Part shown: positions 9,914 to 19,183 of the stretch, piece by piece
How positions within the stretch are numbered: position 1 is the stretch's first letter
Layout: the number at the start of each line of letters is the position of its first letter
Source: a virus
Virus record (IMG/VR): IMGVR_UViG_3300010399_000036
Span: 17,119-81,118 of that record
Reading direction: 5' to 3' (one strand)
DNA: 64,000 nt
The notes under the pieces: model-generated
What the model was told of the DNA's origin: nothing
Seen by the model: only the letters and a program-made list of their open reading frames with translations
Databases searched by the model: none
Position numbers and translations under genes: made by a program

Positions 9914-10422
9914 AAACACAACACGATTATCCACGCGACGAGCAAATCAAGGGTCTAAAGGCGATCATTGCCTTTCTCGAAGCCAACCCCGAGTTTGATA
10001 TACCCGAAGGTATGGGCGAGTGCCTAGTGCGAACGCTACCGCGTCAGAATCGCGGCGAACTGAAGGACAAGCAGAGCATTGCTGAGTGGTTTCGGAAGCA
10101 AGTTGAAATCTTACAGCCAGACCAGATTTTCTCAGGAACGGACTTCGATGCCATTAAAGACTTTGGCGCTGGCACAAGGATCGTTGTCCATGTCAGCGCG
10201 TCTGCGGTTTGCGAGAAGACGGTGGAGACAAAAACAATCAATCAACCCGTGACTGTTGAGGAAGCCACATGGCACACTCCGGCGACATTGATCGAAATTG
10301 GGTTCGTTGCTGATCAAGAAGAGCTGCGCGAGCGAGAAGTCTCGTACAAACAGTTTATGTCTGGCACCGGGTATTCACCAATCCGACCACCGAAGTCGGA
10401 TAGACCAAATCCGGCAACCTAG
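9910..10422 (+). CDS. hypothetical protein
   Basis: ATGA overlap with the previous ORF favours a start at 9910 over 9862. Confidence 0.65.
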   Translation: MKTQHDYPRDEQIKGLKAIIAFLEANPEFDIPEGMGECLVRTLPRQNRGELKDKQSIAEWFRKQVEILQPDQIFSGTDFDAIKDFGAGTRIVVHVSASAVCEKTVETKTINQPVTVEEATWHTPATLIEIGFVADQEELREREVSYKQFMSGTGYSPIRPPKSDRPNPAT

Positions 10423-10448
10423 TAGCGTAAGGGGTTATAATTCAGGGT

Positions 10449-10619
10449 ATGGAAACTATAGGCGCACTGGTTGGGTTGTTGATAGTCGCATTTAACCTCG
10501 TAGATGCTCTGGTCTATCGACGGCGATTCTTGGGCGTGAGCATGCTACTCGCGGTCGGCTATCTATTAGCCAGTGCTGTTTATGGTGCTTGGTGGATTAA
10601 GAACCACCTTTGTTATTAG
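10449..10619 (+). CDS. small two-TM membrane protein (56 aa, absent from ORF track)
   Basis: METIGALVGLLIVAFNLVDALVYRRRFLGVSMLLAVGYLLASAVYGAWWIKNHLCY; TATAAT at 10436-10441. Confidence 0.6.
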   Translation: METIGALVGLLIVAFNLVDALVYRRRFLGVSMLLAVGYLLASAVYGAWWIKNHLCY

Positions 10620-10660
10620 CCTACAAACGTAAACCTCACAAATAATCTAAATTCTCTTGC

Positions 10661-12160
10661 GTGACTCTTCGCGAGAGACTCAAATCAACATCTAGCGACG
10701 GCTATCTTTATAACGGCGAGCAGCGCGATCTACCTGATGAAGTGGTCCGGCGCGCGAACGATCGATCGGCGGCACCGGGGTTTCTGACTCGCATTAAAGC
10801 AGCCATCACCGCGTTTAAGTCCCTGCCTTTCCCTCAATATACCGGGAATGTGCCATCCTGGAATTCATGGCCGCAGTGGAGTCCAACGTTCACACAGAAG
10901 AATCCTGATCCCTCAACATCGTCTCTCGTAATGGCCGGCGTTCGCTGGCTTGGAAATCGATTGCCGGAAGCGCCGTTAACAGTTCAGCAGCCACTCAAAG
11001 ATGACGATGAATCGGAATCGGTTCCGAATCACTCGCTATTAAAGTTATTCAAGCGCCCTAACCCTTTCATGTCCGCATCGACCCTATGGAAGGCTTTTGG
11101 TTTCTCATGGATTCTTAAGGGCGATGTCTACTTCATTAAGTTTAGAAACGATCTTAATCAGGTAGGCCAAATCTGGTATGAACCACACTGGAATGTCAAA
11201 CCCCGCTGGGTAAATGACAATCAAGGGTCATACATTCGTGGTGCGAATGATGATCCGAACACGTTCATAACCTACTACGAAGTGATGCGCGAAGGGCAAC
11301 CCGTGCGAGTTGAAGTGGAGGACGTAATCCATTTCCGCGACGGGATTGATCCGCGCAACACGCGATGCGGCCTTTCGGGGATCGCTACGATACTCCGCGA
11401 GATCTTGAGCGATAGCCAAGTTGTAGATTTCTCCAGTAAGTTGTTGGGCAATAGTGGCGTGCCTCCGTATGTCCTCTCGATTGACAACAAGATCGGGAAT
11501 CTGAAACAGGAAGACATCGCGGGGGTGAAGGCTTCACTGATTCAGCAAACCTCGGGGAGTAATTCAGGCAAGCCGCTTGTGGTTGCTTATGCCTCAGTCC
11601 ACAAGCTCGGGTTCACCCCAGAAGAATTGGATCTCAGAGTCTCGCGATACTTAGGTGAGGAACGATTCTGCGCCGTGACCGGCATTCCTGCCGTGTGTCT
11701 GGAGTTAGGGTCAGGAGCAGAGCACGCGATCTACAACAACGTGCAGCAAGCAGAGCAGCGAGCTGCAAAAGGTTATCTTGTACCTCTTTGGTGGCACATT
11801 GATGAAGAGTTAACGGTTCAACTTCTACGAGACTTTGACACTGATGAGTCACGGTTTGTCGAGCACGATCTTTCTGAGGTTGCTGCGCTTCAGGAAGATG
11901 AAACCGCCAAGCATGGTCGCGTAGTTTTGGATTTTCAAGGTGGATTGATTACCAGAGCGCAAGGGTTGGCACAATTAGATCTCCCGGCAGATACGAAGCC
12001 GGACAAGACGGGCCTTGACGATGTTTACTGCCTGAAGTCAGGATCGGCGTTCATTCCAGCGAACCTTCCAGCGAGCGTCCCTGCTCCTGCGCCGGAACCG
12101 GGACTTGATATGCCGTTAGATGATGTGCCAACGAACGGCGGAAAGGAATTGCCGGCGTGA
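10661..12160 (+). CDS. portal protein (HK97 family)
   Basis: LFKRPNPFMS, EDVIHFR, GLSGI motifs; position after TerL. Confidence 0.92.
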   Translation: MTLRERLKSTSSDGYLYNGEQRDLPDEVVRRANDRSAAPGFLTRIKAAITAFKSLPFPQYTGNVPSWNSWPQWSPTFTQKNPDPSTSSLVMAGVRWLGNRLPEAPLTVQQPLKDDDESESVPNHSLLKLFKRPNPFMSASTLWKAFGFSWILKGDVYFIKFRNDLNQVGQIWYEPHWNVKPRWVNDNQGSYIRGANDDPNTFITYYEVMREGQPVRVEVEDVIHFRDGIDPRNTRCGLSGIATILREILSDSQVVDFSSKLLGNSGVPPYVLSIDNKIGNLKQEDIAGVKASLIQQTSGSNSGKPLVVAYASVHKLGFTPEELDLRVSRYLGEERFCAVTGIPAVCLELGSGAEHAIYNNVQQAEQRAAKGYLVPLWWHIDEELTVQLLRDFDTDESRFVEHDLSEVAALQEDETAKHGRVVLDFQGGLITRAQGLAQLDLPADTKPDKTGLDDVYCLKSGSAFIPANLPASVPAPAPEPGLDMPLDDVPTNGGKELPA

Positions 12161-12324
12161 GACAGCTAACGGTATTTGATGAAGTTGAAATCATCATGCG
12201 CGAACGACAGTGGTTGCCTTGGTATGAACGGTACGGCCCAGATTTCCGCTCAATCATGTTTCACTACCCGATTGATCGTGCTCTTCCGCCGGATAGTAAC
12301 GAAGAACGCACTGAAACTAAATGA
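12157..12324 (+). CDS. hypothetical protein (55 aa)
   Basis: GTGA overlap with the portal stop and ATGA overlap with the next ORF. Confidence 0.45.
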   Translation: MRQLTVFDEVEIIMRERQWLPWYERYGPDFRSIMFHYPIDRALPPDSNEERTETK

Positions 12325-12482
12325 GCACAACGTCTCAACAAGTAGAGCGTAAACCGCCCGCGCAACCTAAAGAAAAGGAGCGTGCTACAATCCCGCACGG
12401 ATCGAAAGACCAAGAGATTGAAAACCTCAAACGCCTGCTGGCAAATGTTAGCCAACGGCTTGATGCTTTGAAGACGCGGTGA
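12321..12482 (+). CDS. hypothetical coiled-coil protein (53 aa)
   Basis: Translationally coupled; KDQEIENLKRLLANVSQRLDALK. Confidence 0.5.
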   Translation: MSTTSQQVERKPPAQPKEKERATIPHGSKDQEIENLKRLLANVSQRLDALKTR

Positions 12483-12497
12483 GAAGATGGGATTGAA

Positions 12498-12625
12498 GCA
12501 AAGTGGACCTGCGCATTTCCAGCGCCATGTGGCTCAGGCGTTAGGATGGTTTCGCACGAGGGACTGAGCGACAAACAATGCCCTGAGCAGTGCGGTTAGC
12601 GGGTGCGACTCCCGCCCTACTTTGT
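12498..12625 (+). ncRNA. tRNA-like structured RNA 1
   Basis: Closing stem GCAAAGTGG/CTACTTTGT, T-arm GCGGG-TGCGACT-CCCGC, internal long stem GCTCAGG/CCTGAGC. Confidence 0.55.
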
Positions 12626-12646
12626 TTATAAGTGAAGTCTTGAGAA

Positions 12647-12766
12647 GCGTGTGATTGCAAAGAGGCAGACATAGCCCGACTTGATGCCCGCAAGGGAACT
12701 GTACGGGGCAGGAGGTAATAAGCCGAAAGGGAATATCTCTACTGTAGGTTCGAGTCCTACCACGCA
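12647..12766 (+). ncRNA. tRNA-like structured RNA 2 (expanded anticodon and variable arms)
   Basis: Acceptor GCGTG/CACGC, T8-G9, D-loop-like GAGGCAGAC, perfect T-arm GTAGG-TTCGAGT-CCTAC, GCAA and GAAA tetraloop insertions. Confidence 0.6.
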
Positions 12767-12839
12767 GATCAAGGTACAGTAAAGGTCTTTAGCAACTAGA
12801 TAGCGAGTTAAGCACGGCGCACAACAACGACCGTGACCT

Positions 12840-12878
12840 GCCCGCCCGATTCCTTAACCGGAGTCGGCGGGCTTTTTG
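12840..12878 (+). terminator. rho-independent terminator-like hairpin
   Basis: GCCCGC(C)CGATTCC/GGAGTCGGCGGGC followed by TTTTT. Confidence 0.75.
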
Positions 12879-12924
12879 TTTCTCAAAAACGTAAGTCTCG
12901 CAACCGTGATACAGAGATAAGCGC

Positions 12925-14340
12925 ATGACAGACACCCTCCTATGGTTTGGCGGCGAAGTCAAAGCCCTTGACGATAACGGCAAGGTGGGCGGCTACTTGG
13001 TTCGTTTCTCTGACTCGGATCACAAAGATCTCGTCGGCGACTACTTCACAAAAGACACTTACTACGGTCCAAGGTTCGGTGATGGGTCCGAGACTCTGTT
13101 CGAGCACGGCTTTCCGCTCTACGATGGCGCTGATCTACCGGATGCCGTTAAGTCGGCGTTTGAAGAGTTGGCCGATCACACCTTCGCTCCGATTAAGACC
13201 AAGAAAGACACGATCGGTATTTGGGCAGAAACGGTTCTTAACATGGCCGACGAATACGAAAAGGCTGTCTTTGGGATCGTCAAGAAGGGAAAGTTAGGCT
13301 GGAGTTCTGGGGCGCCCGGCCATAGAGTAAAGCGCCAGAATGATGGACGGATCACAAGTTGGCCCATTGCAGAAGGATCTCTCACCCCGCGTCCCGCTGA
13401 ACCGCTGAATCGCGCAATAGCATTTAAGTCGCTCGCGTCAGTCAAGTTCATTCCGATTGAGTGTGAGGACGTTACCGATACCACTCCCGCAAGCCCCTCG
13501 TTGTTGGCGATCAATCTCAACCAGCACATTGATGATCTGGCTGATGACGGATTGACCCGCGAGCACTTGATCGAGCGCATGGCAAAAGAAGCGGGCGTGA
13601 AGGTTGATGAGATCACTAACACACTCGAGGGGAAGACAACCCCTACCAAAGCGCGATTGAAGGCGTATTCCCGTGCTCTGAATATCTCTTACGATGTTTT
13701 GAAAGCTTCTGCTCGTCGTGATTACTCACAAACAGTCAAGGGAATGTATGAGGACGCGTTATCGGAACGTACCCCGTCACGTTGGGAAATGGAGTCAGCC
13801 TATTGCGACATCGTCACCAAGATGCTGGCGGCGGCATTAGCCGCGCGTATCGCCGGCATTGACTTTGACTGGGAAGCAAAAGTTAAGGAAGCAACCCGAG
13901 AGTACGCTGCGATGCTTGAGGATCACGCTTTGTCGCAGGGCCGCGCGTATCTCGACTCTGGTTCTGACGAACCTTTCTACCTAAAAGCAATTATCGATCT
14001 GCAAAACGATCTGCCGGTGTCCGGCAGTCTCGACCTAGACGATCACTCCCAATTGGTGGTGTCCGCCCTGCGGGAAGTAGCGAAGCGGTTTCGTAGCAAT
14101 CACGAAGCCCGCGTGAAATCTGGCCGCATTCTCTCTGAAAAGAATCGGCGACGAATCAGCGAAGGCCTCAAGGATATTCAATCAGTAGTTGAAGACCTTA
14201 CAGCCTTGCTCGATGAGTCTCAGCCGATGGCGACTGACACGGAGAAGCGCGCCGCGCAAACCACCTTCCTGCGTCTTCAAACACGCATTAAACCGTTAGG
14301 AGTGACTGATGGCAAAGAAACTGCAAGAGCTGGCAACTGA
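12925..14340 (+). CDS. prohead protease/scaffold with internal XRE-like HTH
   Basis: GYLVRF..DLVGDYF..FEHG..GIW..LGWSSG..EGSLTPRPAEP protease domain; C-terminal KSGRILSEKN motif. Confidence 0.85.
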   Translation: MTDTLLWFGGEVKALDDNGKVGGYLVRFSDSDHKDLVGDYFTKDTYYGPRFGDGSETLFEHGFPLYDGADLPDAVKSAFEELADHTFAPIKTKKDTIGIWAETVLNMADEYEKAVFGIVKKGKLGWSSGAPGHRVKRQNDGRITSWPIAEGSLTPRPAEPLNRAIAFKSLASVKFIPIECEDVTDTTPASPSLLAINLNQHIDDLADDGLTREHLIERMAKEAGVKVDEITNTLEGKTTPTKARLKAYSRALNISYDVLKASARRDYSQTVKGMYEDALSERTPSRWEMESAYCDIVTKMLAAALAARIAGIDFDWEAKVKEATREYAAMLEDHALSQGRAYLDSGSDEPFYLKAIIDLQNDLPVSGSLDLDDHSQLVVSALREVAKRFRSNHEARVKSGRILSEKNRRRISEGLKDIQSVVEDLTALLDESQPMATDTEKRAAQTTFLRLQTRIKPLGVTDGKETARAGN

Positions 14341-15625
14341 AATTGCCACCAAGACCAACCAGGTAAACGAACTGTTTGATCTAGCTGACAAGAGAACAGG
14401 AGATCAGCAGGGCGTTAATACCAAAGAAGAGATCAAGCAGATAGTAGATCTGAATAAAGAACTCGAAGAACTCGAGGCTGCGGCGGCTGAGATCAAGACC
14501 GTTGAAGATATTCGCAGGGGCAACGGCGACCGTCTTACTAATCTTAACAATGTCAATCCGACGGTTCCGCATCCGAGGGGCGGTGATGGCGCACAACTGA
14601 AACCATTCAAATCGCTAGGCGAACTGATCGTCGGCGATGAGAACTTTAGCCAGTGGCTGAAACAGTGGGAGGGTGGCAGATTTCCGTCTGGCAAGTCGCA
14701 GATTCAATCGCCGCGCGTGGACATCGGGGCGTGTCTGCCTCCGCGTATGGAAGACGCATTGAAAACCCTCATAACCGGGGCGGGATCTACCAGTGCGGGA
14801 CCGTTGGTTTTCCCGGACTTCAAGCCTCTTCAGGATGTTTTCTACGCTCGCCCGTTGACCGTGAGAGACATTATCACGGTTGGCGAGACGGGCAGCGACA
14901 CGGTTGAATACGTGCGAATCACCGGTGTAACCAACGCCGCAGCCCCGACCGCGGAAGCGACCGCAACGACAGGCGCTTCGGGTGAAAAGCCCGAATCCGC
15001 GATGGCAATGGCGAGGATTACAGAATCCGTTAAAACCATCCCACATTGGATTCCTGCTACCAACCGCGCCTTGGCCGATGCTCCACAGCTCCGCACGATC
15101 ATCGATAACTTTCTTCGTTATGGTATTGAGGAAGAGTTGGAAGATCAAATTCTGACGGGCAACGCAGCCGGCGAGAACTTTGATGGCGTACTGCACGTCG
15201 CCGGAACTACCCCGCAAGCATTCGATACCAACATTTTCACTACCACTCGTAAGGGAAGAACCAAGGTTCGAACCGTGGGACGCGCTCGGCCGACAGCTTA
15301 CGTGATGAATCCACTTGATTGGGAGAAAGTGGATCTCGCACAGGACAACGAGGCTCGTTACTACTACGGCGGCCCGATGAATCCTGGTAATCCCAGGCTG
15401 TGGGGTCTTCCTGTAGTCGAGTCCGAGGGGATGACCGAGGGAACCTGCGTCGTTGCTGATTGGAAGTTGGCAATTCTTTGGGATCGGATGCAGACCGCGA
15501 TCTCGATGAGCAACTCGCACGCCGACTTTTTCATTCGCAACCTGATTGCCATTCTTGCTGAAATGCGTGCCGCGTTTGGCGTCATTCGCCCGGCCGCATT
15601 CGTTATTTGTGACTTGACCGCGTAA
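14309..15625 (+). CDS. major capsid protein (HK97 fold)
   Basis: Coiled-coil delta domain; EKPES, KTIPHWIPAT, LWGLPVV, FIRNLIAILAEMR..FGVIRPAAF. Confidence 0.95.
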   Translation: MAKKLQELATEIATKTNQVNELFDLADKRTGDQQGVNTKEEIKQIVDLNKELEELEAAAAEIKTVEDIRRGNGDRLTNLNNVNPTVPHPRGGDGAQLKPFKSLGELIVGDENFSQWLKQWEGGRFPSGKSQIQSPRVDIGACLPPRMEDALKTLITGAGSTSAGPLVFPDFKPLQDVFYARPLTVRDIITVGETGSDTVEYVRITGVTNAAAPTAEATATTGASGEKPESAMAMARITESVKTIPHWIPATNRALADAPQLRTIIDNFLRYGIEEELEDQILTGNAAGENFDGVLHVAGTTPQAFDTNIFTTTRKGRTKVRTVGRARPTAYVMNPLDWEKVDLAQDNEARYYYGGPMNPGNPRLWGLPVVESEGMTEGTCVVADWKLAILWDRMQTAISMSNSHADFFIRNLIAILAEMRAAFGVIRPAAFVICDLTA

Positions 15626-15634
15626 GGAGGTCCA

Positions 15635-16174
15635 ATGGCTTATCTTAATCCAAGGGCAGGGCTGGCTAGGGAGTCAGCCTATGGCCCACTAACAAATGCC
15701 GGAGCGCCGGGCGCGGGAACAGACGAGGTCCAGACCATAACGTTCGGCGGGACGCCTACCGGCGGGACATTCAAGTTAAAGTTTGGCCCATTTAAGACCG
15801 CGGCAATCTCATGGTCCGCAACCAACAACACGCTCAGAGATAATGTTGATGCGGCTTTGGAAGCGTTGCCAAACGTCGGGACCGGAAACGTCACGGTCGC
15901 GGTAGGAACCATGACCGCCGGGGTTGGAACATTAACTGTCACAGGTGCGGGAACACTAGCGAAGAAGGCGTTAGCTCTGATCACGGTTGCTAGCAACAAT
16001 CTTACGGGTACAGCGCCAACGATCGAGATCGAAGAAACGACTCCGGGCGTGAGCGCGACTCATCGCGGAGCTCCTAAAGGCGCAAAGCTGGTTGATACCG
16101 ACAACGGTGTTGACTACATCAACACCGGCACGGCAAGCGCGCCAACATGGACCAAGACAGGAACTCAGACGTAA
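15635..16174 (+). CDS. capsid decoration/head fibre-like protein
   Basis: Follows the capsid gene; EVQTITFGGTPTGGTF domain inserted into a GAP...DT.NG..YINTGT..PTW module. Confidence 0.55.
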   Translation: MAYLNPRAGLARESAYGPLTNAGAPGAGTDEVQTITFGGTPTGGTFKLKFGPFKTAAISWSATNNTLRDNVDAALEALPNVGTGNVTVAVGTMTAGVGTLTVTGAGTLAKKALALITVASNNLTGTAPTIEIEETTPGVSATHRGAPKGAKLVDTDNGVDYINTGTASAPTWTKTGTQT

Positions 16175-16575
16175 AGTGTCCGGTCTGCGGGGCTGCTCAC
16201 ACAGCTTGTGGTGGTCCCGCCAAATTGAGATACCCGCCTGTCGGGTGGGAAGGCGAGTGGATCGCTACAGAGGAACCAGTGCTAGTAACGTCCTTAAGGA
16301 GAACAAACGTGAGCGCAGGAGACTTTATTGCCGAAGAAGACATCTTCATCGACCGCGATGGCAAGGTTGTCGAAAAGAAGGACGCGCAAACGAAGCTGGC
16401 AAGTAAAGGTGCCCGCGTGTCCCCTGAAGATGTTGAGAAATATGGCCTTCGTTCTTCTGCCGCGGTATTGGAGACCAAGCCAAGTGAAGAGGCTGAAGCG
16501 GCGCCGCTCGTTAGAGACACACCACCACCCGCAGAGAAGAAACCCAGCGCAAAGAAGGGCAAAGAAACAGCGTGA
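16147..16575 (+). CDS. hypothetical head-region protein (start uncertain)
   Basis: Lies between decoration and adaptor genes; acidic/basic tail; GTGA overlap with next gene. Confidence 0.55.
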   Translation: MDQDRNSDVKCPVCGAAHTACGGPAKLRYPPVGWEGEWIATEEPVLVTSLRRTNVSAGDFIAEEDIFIDRDGKVVEKKDAQTKLASKGARVSPEDVEKYGLRSSAAVLETKPSEEAEAAPLVRDTPPPAEKKPSAKKGKETA

Positions 16576-17036
16576 GCGACGTAACTGACAGAGAAGCCGC
16601 CTTTGAAGAGTTGGTTCGATTGGCCCAACCGGATGCCCTGCCGAAGCTGTCAGAGGATGAACTTGAGGCGATTCTTGATCGCAACCAGCGGGCTCAGAGA
16701 TGGACCGCGATGACGGCATTAACAGTTGGCCAAACGCTAATGCCAACTGTTCGCATGGGTCGGGTCTTCCGAGTCACGCAGGAAGGAATTACCGGAAGCG
16801 CGGAGCCAACATGGCCTACCGGGAGCGAAGAAGCGGTTGTTGACGGGACCGCAATCCTCATTAATTCAGGAGTGGATTTTGAGAACGTTTATGACGTTAG
16901 AAGCGCAGCGGAAGACTGCTGGGCCTTGAAAGAGCGTAAGGCTGTCCAGCTTTCAGTGGCGGGCGAGAGCCTAGACCACGTGGCCCAACAATGCCGGGAG
17001 CAAAGAAAGTCTTTCGCGTCAGTGTTGATAGCATAG
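16572..17036 (+). CDS. head-tail adaptor with inserted CBM-like module
   Basis: PKLSEDELEAIL...YDVRSAAEDCWALK adaptor pattern flanking W.A.T...G....PT..G..F...G.TG..EPTWPT. Confidence 0.6.
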   Translation: MSDVTDREAAFEELVRLAQPDALPKLSEDELEAILDRNQRAQRWTAMTALTVGQTLMPTVRMGRVFRVTQEGITGSAEPTWPTGSEEAVVDGTAILINSGVDFENVYDVRSAAEDCWALKERKAVQLSVAGESLDHVAQQCREQRKSFASVLIA

Positions 17037-17042
17037 GAGACC

Positions 17043-17399
17043 GTGTTAATGAGAAGCGAAGTTGGTCAGGCATATGACGAAGTACGAACAGCGGTGGCGG
17101 AAATCGCCACAGATATTCTTGCCGACAACTGCCGTCTCATCGTTGGTGAAACGCAATATCGAAACGTGCCGTGTCAGTTCGGAGGAGGCTCTGGAAACAT
17201 GGATGGAGCGCCTTATCGAATCAAGTTTGCATGGGGAAGTCCCGCAGTAATTGGCGCAACGGCGATAGTTGACGCAATACCAGGGCGCTCTCATCTTACG
17301 TTGCAGTTAGTCGAGCCAATTGATTCGTCTACGGGTATTTGGCAGGAGTGGCGTGCTACCTCTGGACCAGCTTTTGGAAGAGTAGATGTCGGGCTTTAA
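17043..17399 (+). CDS. putative head closure protein
   Basis: Size and position after the adaptor. Confidence 0.45.
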   Translation: MLMRSEVGQAYDEVRTAVAEIATDILADNCRLIVGETQYRNVPCQFGGGSGNMDGAPYRIKFAWGSPAVIGATAIVDAIPGRSHLTLQLVEPIDSSTGIWQEWRATSGPAFGRVDVGL

Positions 17400-17859
17400 C
17401 GTCAAGGGTGAGAGAAGGCTCTTTGAAGCAATTGACCGACTCATTGAGGTCGTAAGCGATCAGCGAAAGCGGGGCTGGCAAAAGAACGTAGACGTCAGGC
17501 TCGACTTTCAGCGCCGCCACATGGATACGGAAGCGGCCGGCGGCTGGACACCTCTCAATGATGAGTATCGATTGCAAAAGGTTGAAGACGTTGGCGCGAT
17601 TCCGATCCTTCAGTACACGACGCACATGTATCGCTCTTTGACTGAGGAACGAGCGCCAGATTACGTCCGTGAAGAAAGTGCAGATAGTTTGAAAGTCGGC
17701 ACAAGTGATTTCAAGGCGCGACTGCACCATGAAGGGCGAGGACGGCTGCCGAGACGCGAAGTGATAGTAATAACCGACGCAGAAGGACGCCGGCACCTTG
17801 AGGTAATCGAAGAGAATTATGCAGGCATCGCGCGCAATCTTGGTTTCAGGGTGATTTGA
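17386..17859 (+). CDS. virion morphogenesis (Mu gpG-like neck) protein
   Basis: GWTPL....Y...K, ILQ.T..MYRSL, VGTS..ARLHHEG.GRLPRR motifs. Confidence 0.75.
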   Translation: MSGFNVKGERRLFEAIDRLIEVVSDQRKRGWQKNVDVRLDFQRRHMDTEAAGGWTPLNDEYRLQKVEDVGAIPILQYTTHMYRSLTEERAPDYVREESADSLKVGTSDFKARLHHEGRGRLPRREVIVITDAEGRRHLEVIEENYAGIARNLGFRVI

Positions 17860-18212
17860 TGAACGACGCTGTTAACAGATTCATTCATGAGATGGGCGCA
17901 ACCTACGCCGAAGAAGGCGACCGTGACGTATCTCCTATTCTGTTTAAGGCTGATGACGATCCTGCGGGAATGCTCTTTGAGCTGACGCTGCCGAAAGGTG
18001 AGCCACATCCTTACTGGCGCGTCCGTGAGCGCGAGATGACAGCGGCAGAAATTAACGGGCTGGCGCAGATGAAGACAGAGCAATCTCTAAGAGTTGAGCT
18101 CTTGTCGTTGAGCGCTGTTAAAAATGTGGGCTCGTTATTCAGCTTTAGGGGTTACGTTTACAACGCGCGGCTGCGCGATAGGTGGAATTTCAGCTTTGAC
18201 AGGGTGGCCTGA
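17856..18212 (+). CDS. hypothetical protein (paralog of 28546-28851)
   Basis: Shares ELxLPxxExHPxWRVxERxxT with the 28546 ORF. Confidence 0.65.
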   Translation: MMNDAVNRFIHEMGATYAEEGDRDVSPILFKADDDPAGMLFELTLPKGEPHPYWRVREREMTAAEINGLAQMKTEQSLRVELLSLSAVKNVGSLFSFRGYVYNARLRDRWNFSFDRVA

Positions 18213-18745
18213 TGGCAGAGAACGGGCCTTGGGATTCAGAGATCACACAGCAGTTCATTGAGCCATTACTTGACAACTTAATAGCAGTCCTACAAGCGGG
18301 TGAAGCGGCGGTCCATACGGAAGTAAACGGTGGTGAGCCAATGCCCGCATATAAGCGCTGGCCCATTAGCCGCTGGGTACCGTTGGTGCTTCCGGGAGTT
18401 TCCCCGTATCCGTCCTGTAGCGTGATTCCGGGACGGACGCGAACACACAAGGACGAAGACGGTAAAAGCATCGATGAGGGACACGGAGTTGAAATTTTTA
18501 TTGAAGACGTGGGCGGGAATCCAGATGTTCTGGCCCGCTCAGTGATAAGGCGAGTGCGAGCAGCGCACATAATCATTGAACGCGCGCCGTTATCGGCCCT
18601 ATTCAATGGCTTTTCGAGGGACCTGAGTCAACTACCCTATTGGGATATTGATCACGATTACGCTCAGTTCATCATTGACAAGTCAATTTACAAGCAGAAC
18701 GGAAGTTTAATCATTACGTTCACCGGACTGATGGAGAAAACCTAA
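18212..18745 (+). CDS. putative tail terminator
   Basis: Position upstream of the tail tube; YPSCSVIP motif. Confidence 0.5.
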   Translation: MAENGPWDSEITQQFIEPLLDNLIAVLQAGEAAVHTEVNGGEPMPAYKRWPISRWVPLVLPGVSPYPSCSVIPGRTRTHKDEDGKSIDEGHGVEIFIEDVGGNPDVLARSVIRRVRAAHIIIERAPLSALFNGFSRDLSQLPYWDIDHDYAQFIIDKSIYKQNGSLIITFTGLMEKT

Positions 18746-19183
18746 ATGGCTACAGAAGAAAAGGCGATCACAGCAGCAGGCATCACTGGCGCAAATCGCG
18801 CGGGTGAGGCCATGCTCAGGCGACACGGCGTTGATCCGGCGAAAGTGGGCGAGGAAGAGATCGAAAAACTTCGCAAGCTTGGAATTGACGCCGACACTTA
18901 CGAGCGCAAAGCCCTGACGTGGGCTGGGGCTATTCAGGAGTTTGGCAAACCGATTGGCCCACGTTTGTATAACGAGGTTCATGTCGCTGCCTTTGGCCCT
19001 GTTCCTCCCGGTAAGAATGACATCAACCTTATGTCCCTCGAAGACAAGTGGATGAGTCCGCGTAAGGATGACGAGACGGACGAGGACTTTGAGGCTCGAA
19101 AAAAGAAATTCAGCGCGCGCCGAAAGCGCGTTCATGATTTGATAGCTGCCGCAGAGCAAGAAGTCGCGAAGGGAGTCAAATAA
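18746..19183 (+). CDS. hypothetical protein
   Basis: Coupled to both neighbours (TAAATG junctions). Confidence 0.6.
   Translation: MATEEKAITAAGITGANRAGEAMLRRHGVDPAKVGEEEIEKLRKLGIDADTYERKALTWAGAIQEFGKPIGPRLYNEVHVAAFGPVPPGKNDINLMSLEDKWMSPRKDDETDEDFEARKKKFSARRKRVHDLIAAAEQEVAKGVK

Noticed and set aside
12647-12766. Canonical tRNA-Ser(TGA) call
   Set aside because: CT-TGA follows a stem strand, but no 7-nt anticodon loop closes and the acceptor has only 5 bp; reported as tRNA-like instead
14615-15520. 301-aa antisense ORF in the capsid gene and similar shadow ORFs
   Set aside because: Explained by codon bias of the sense gene; no motifs
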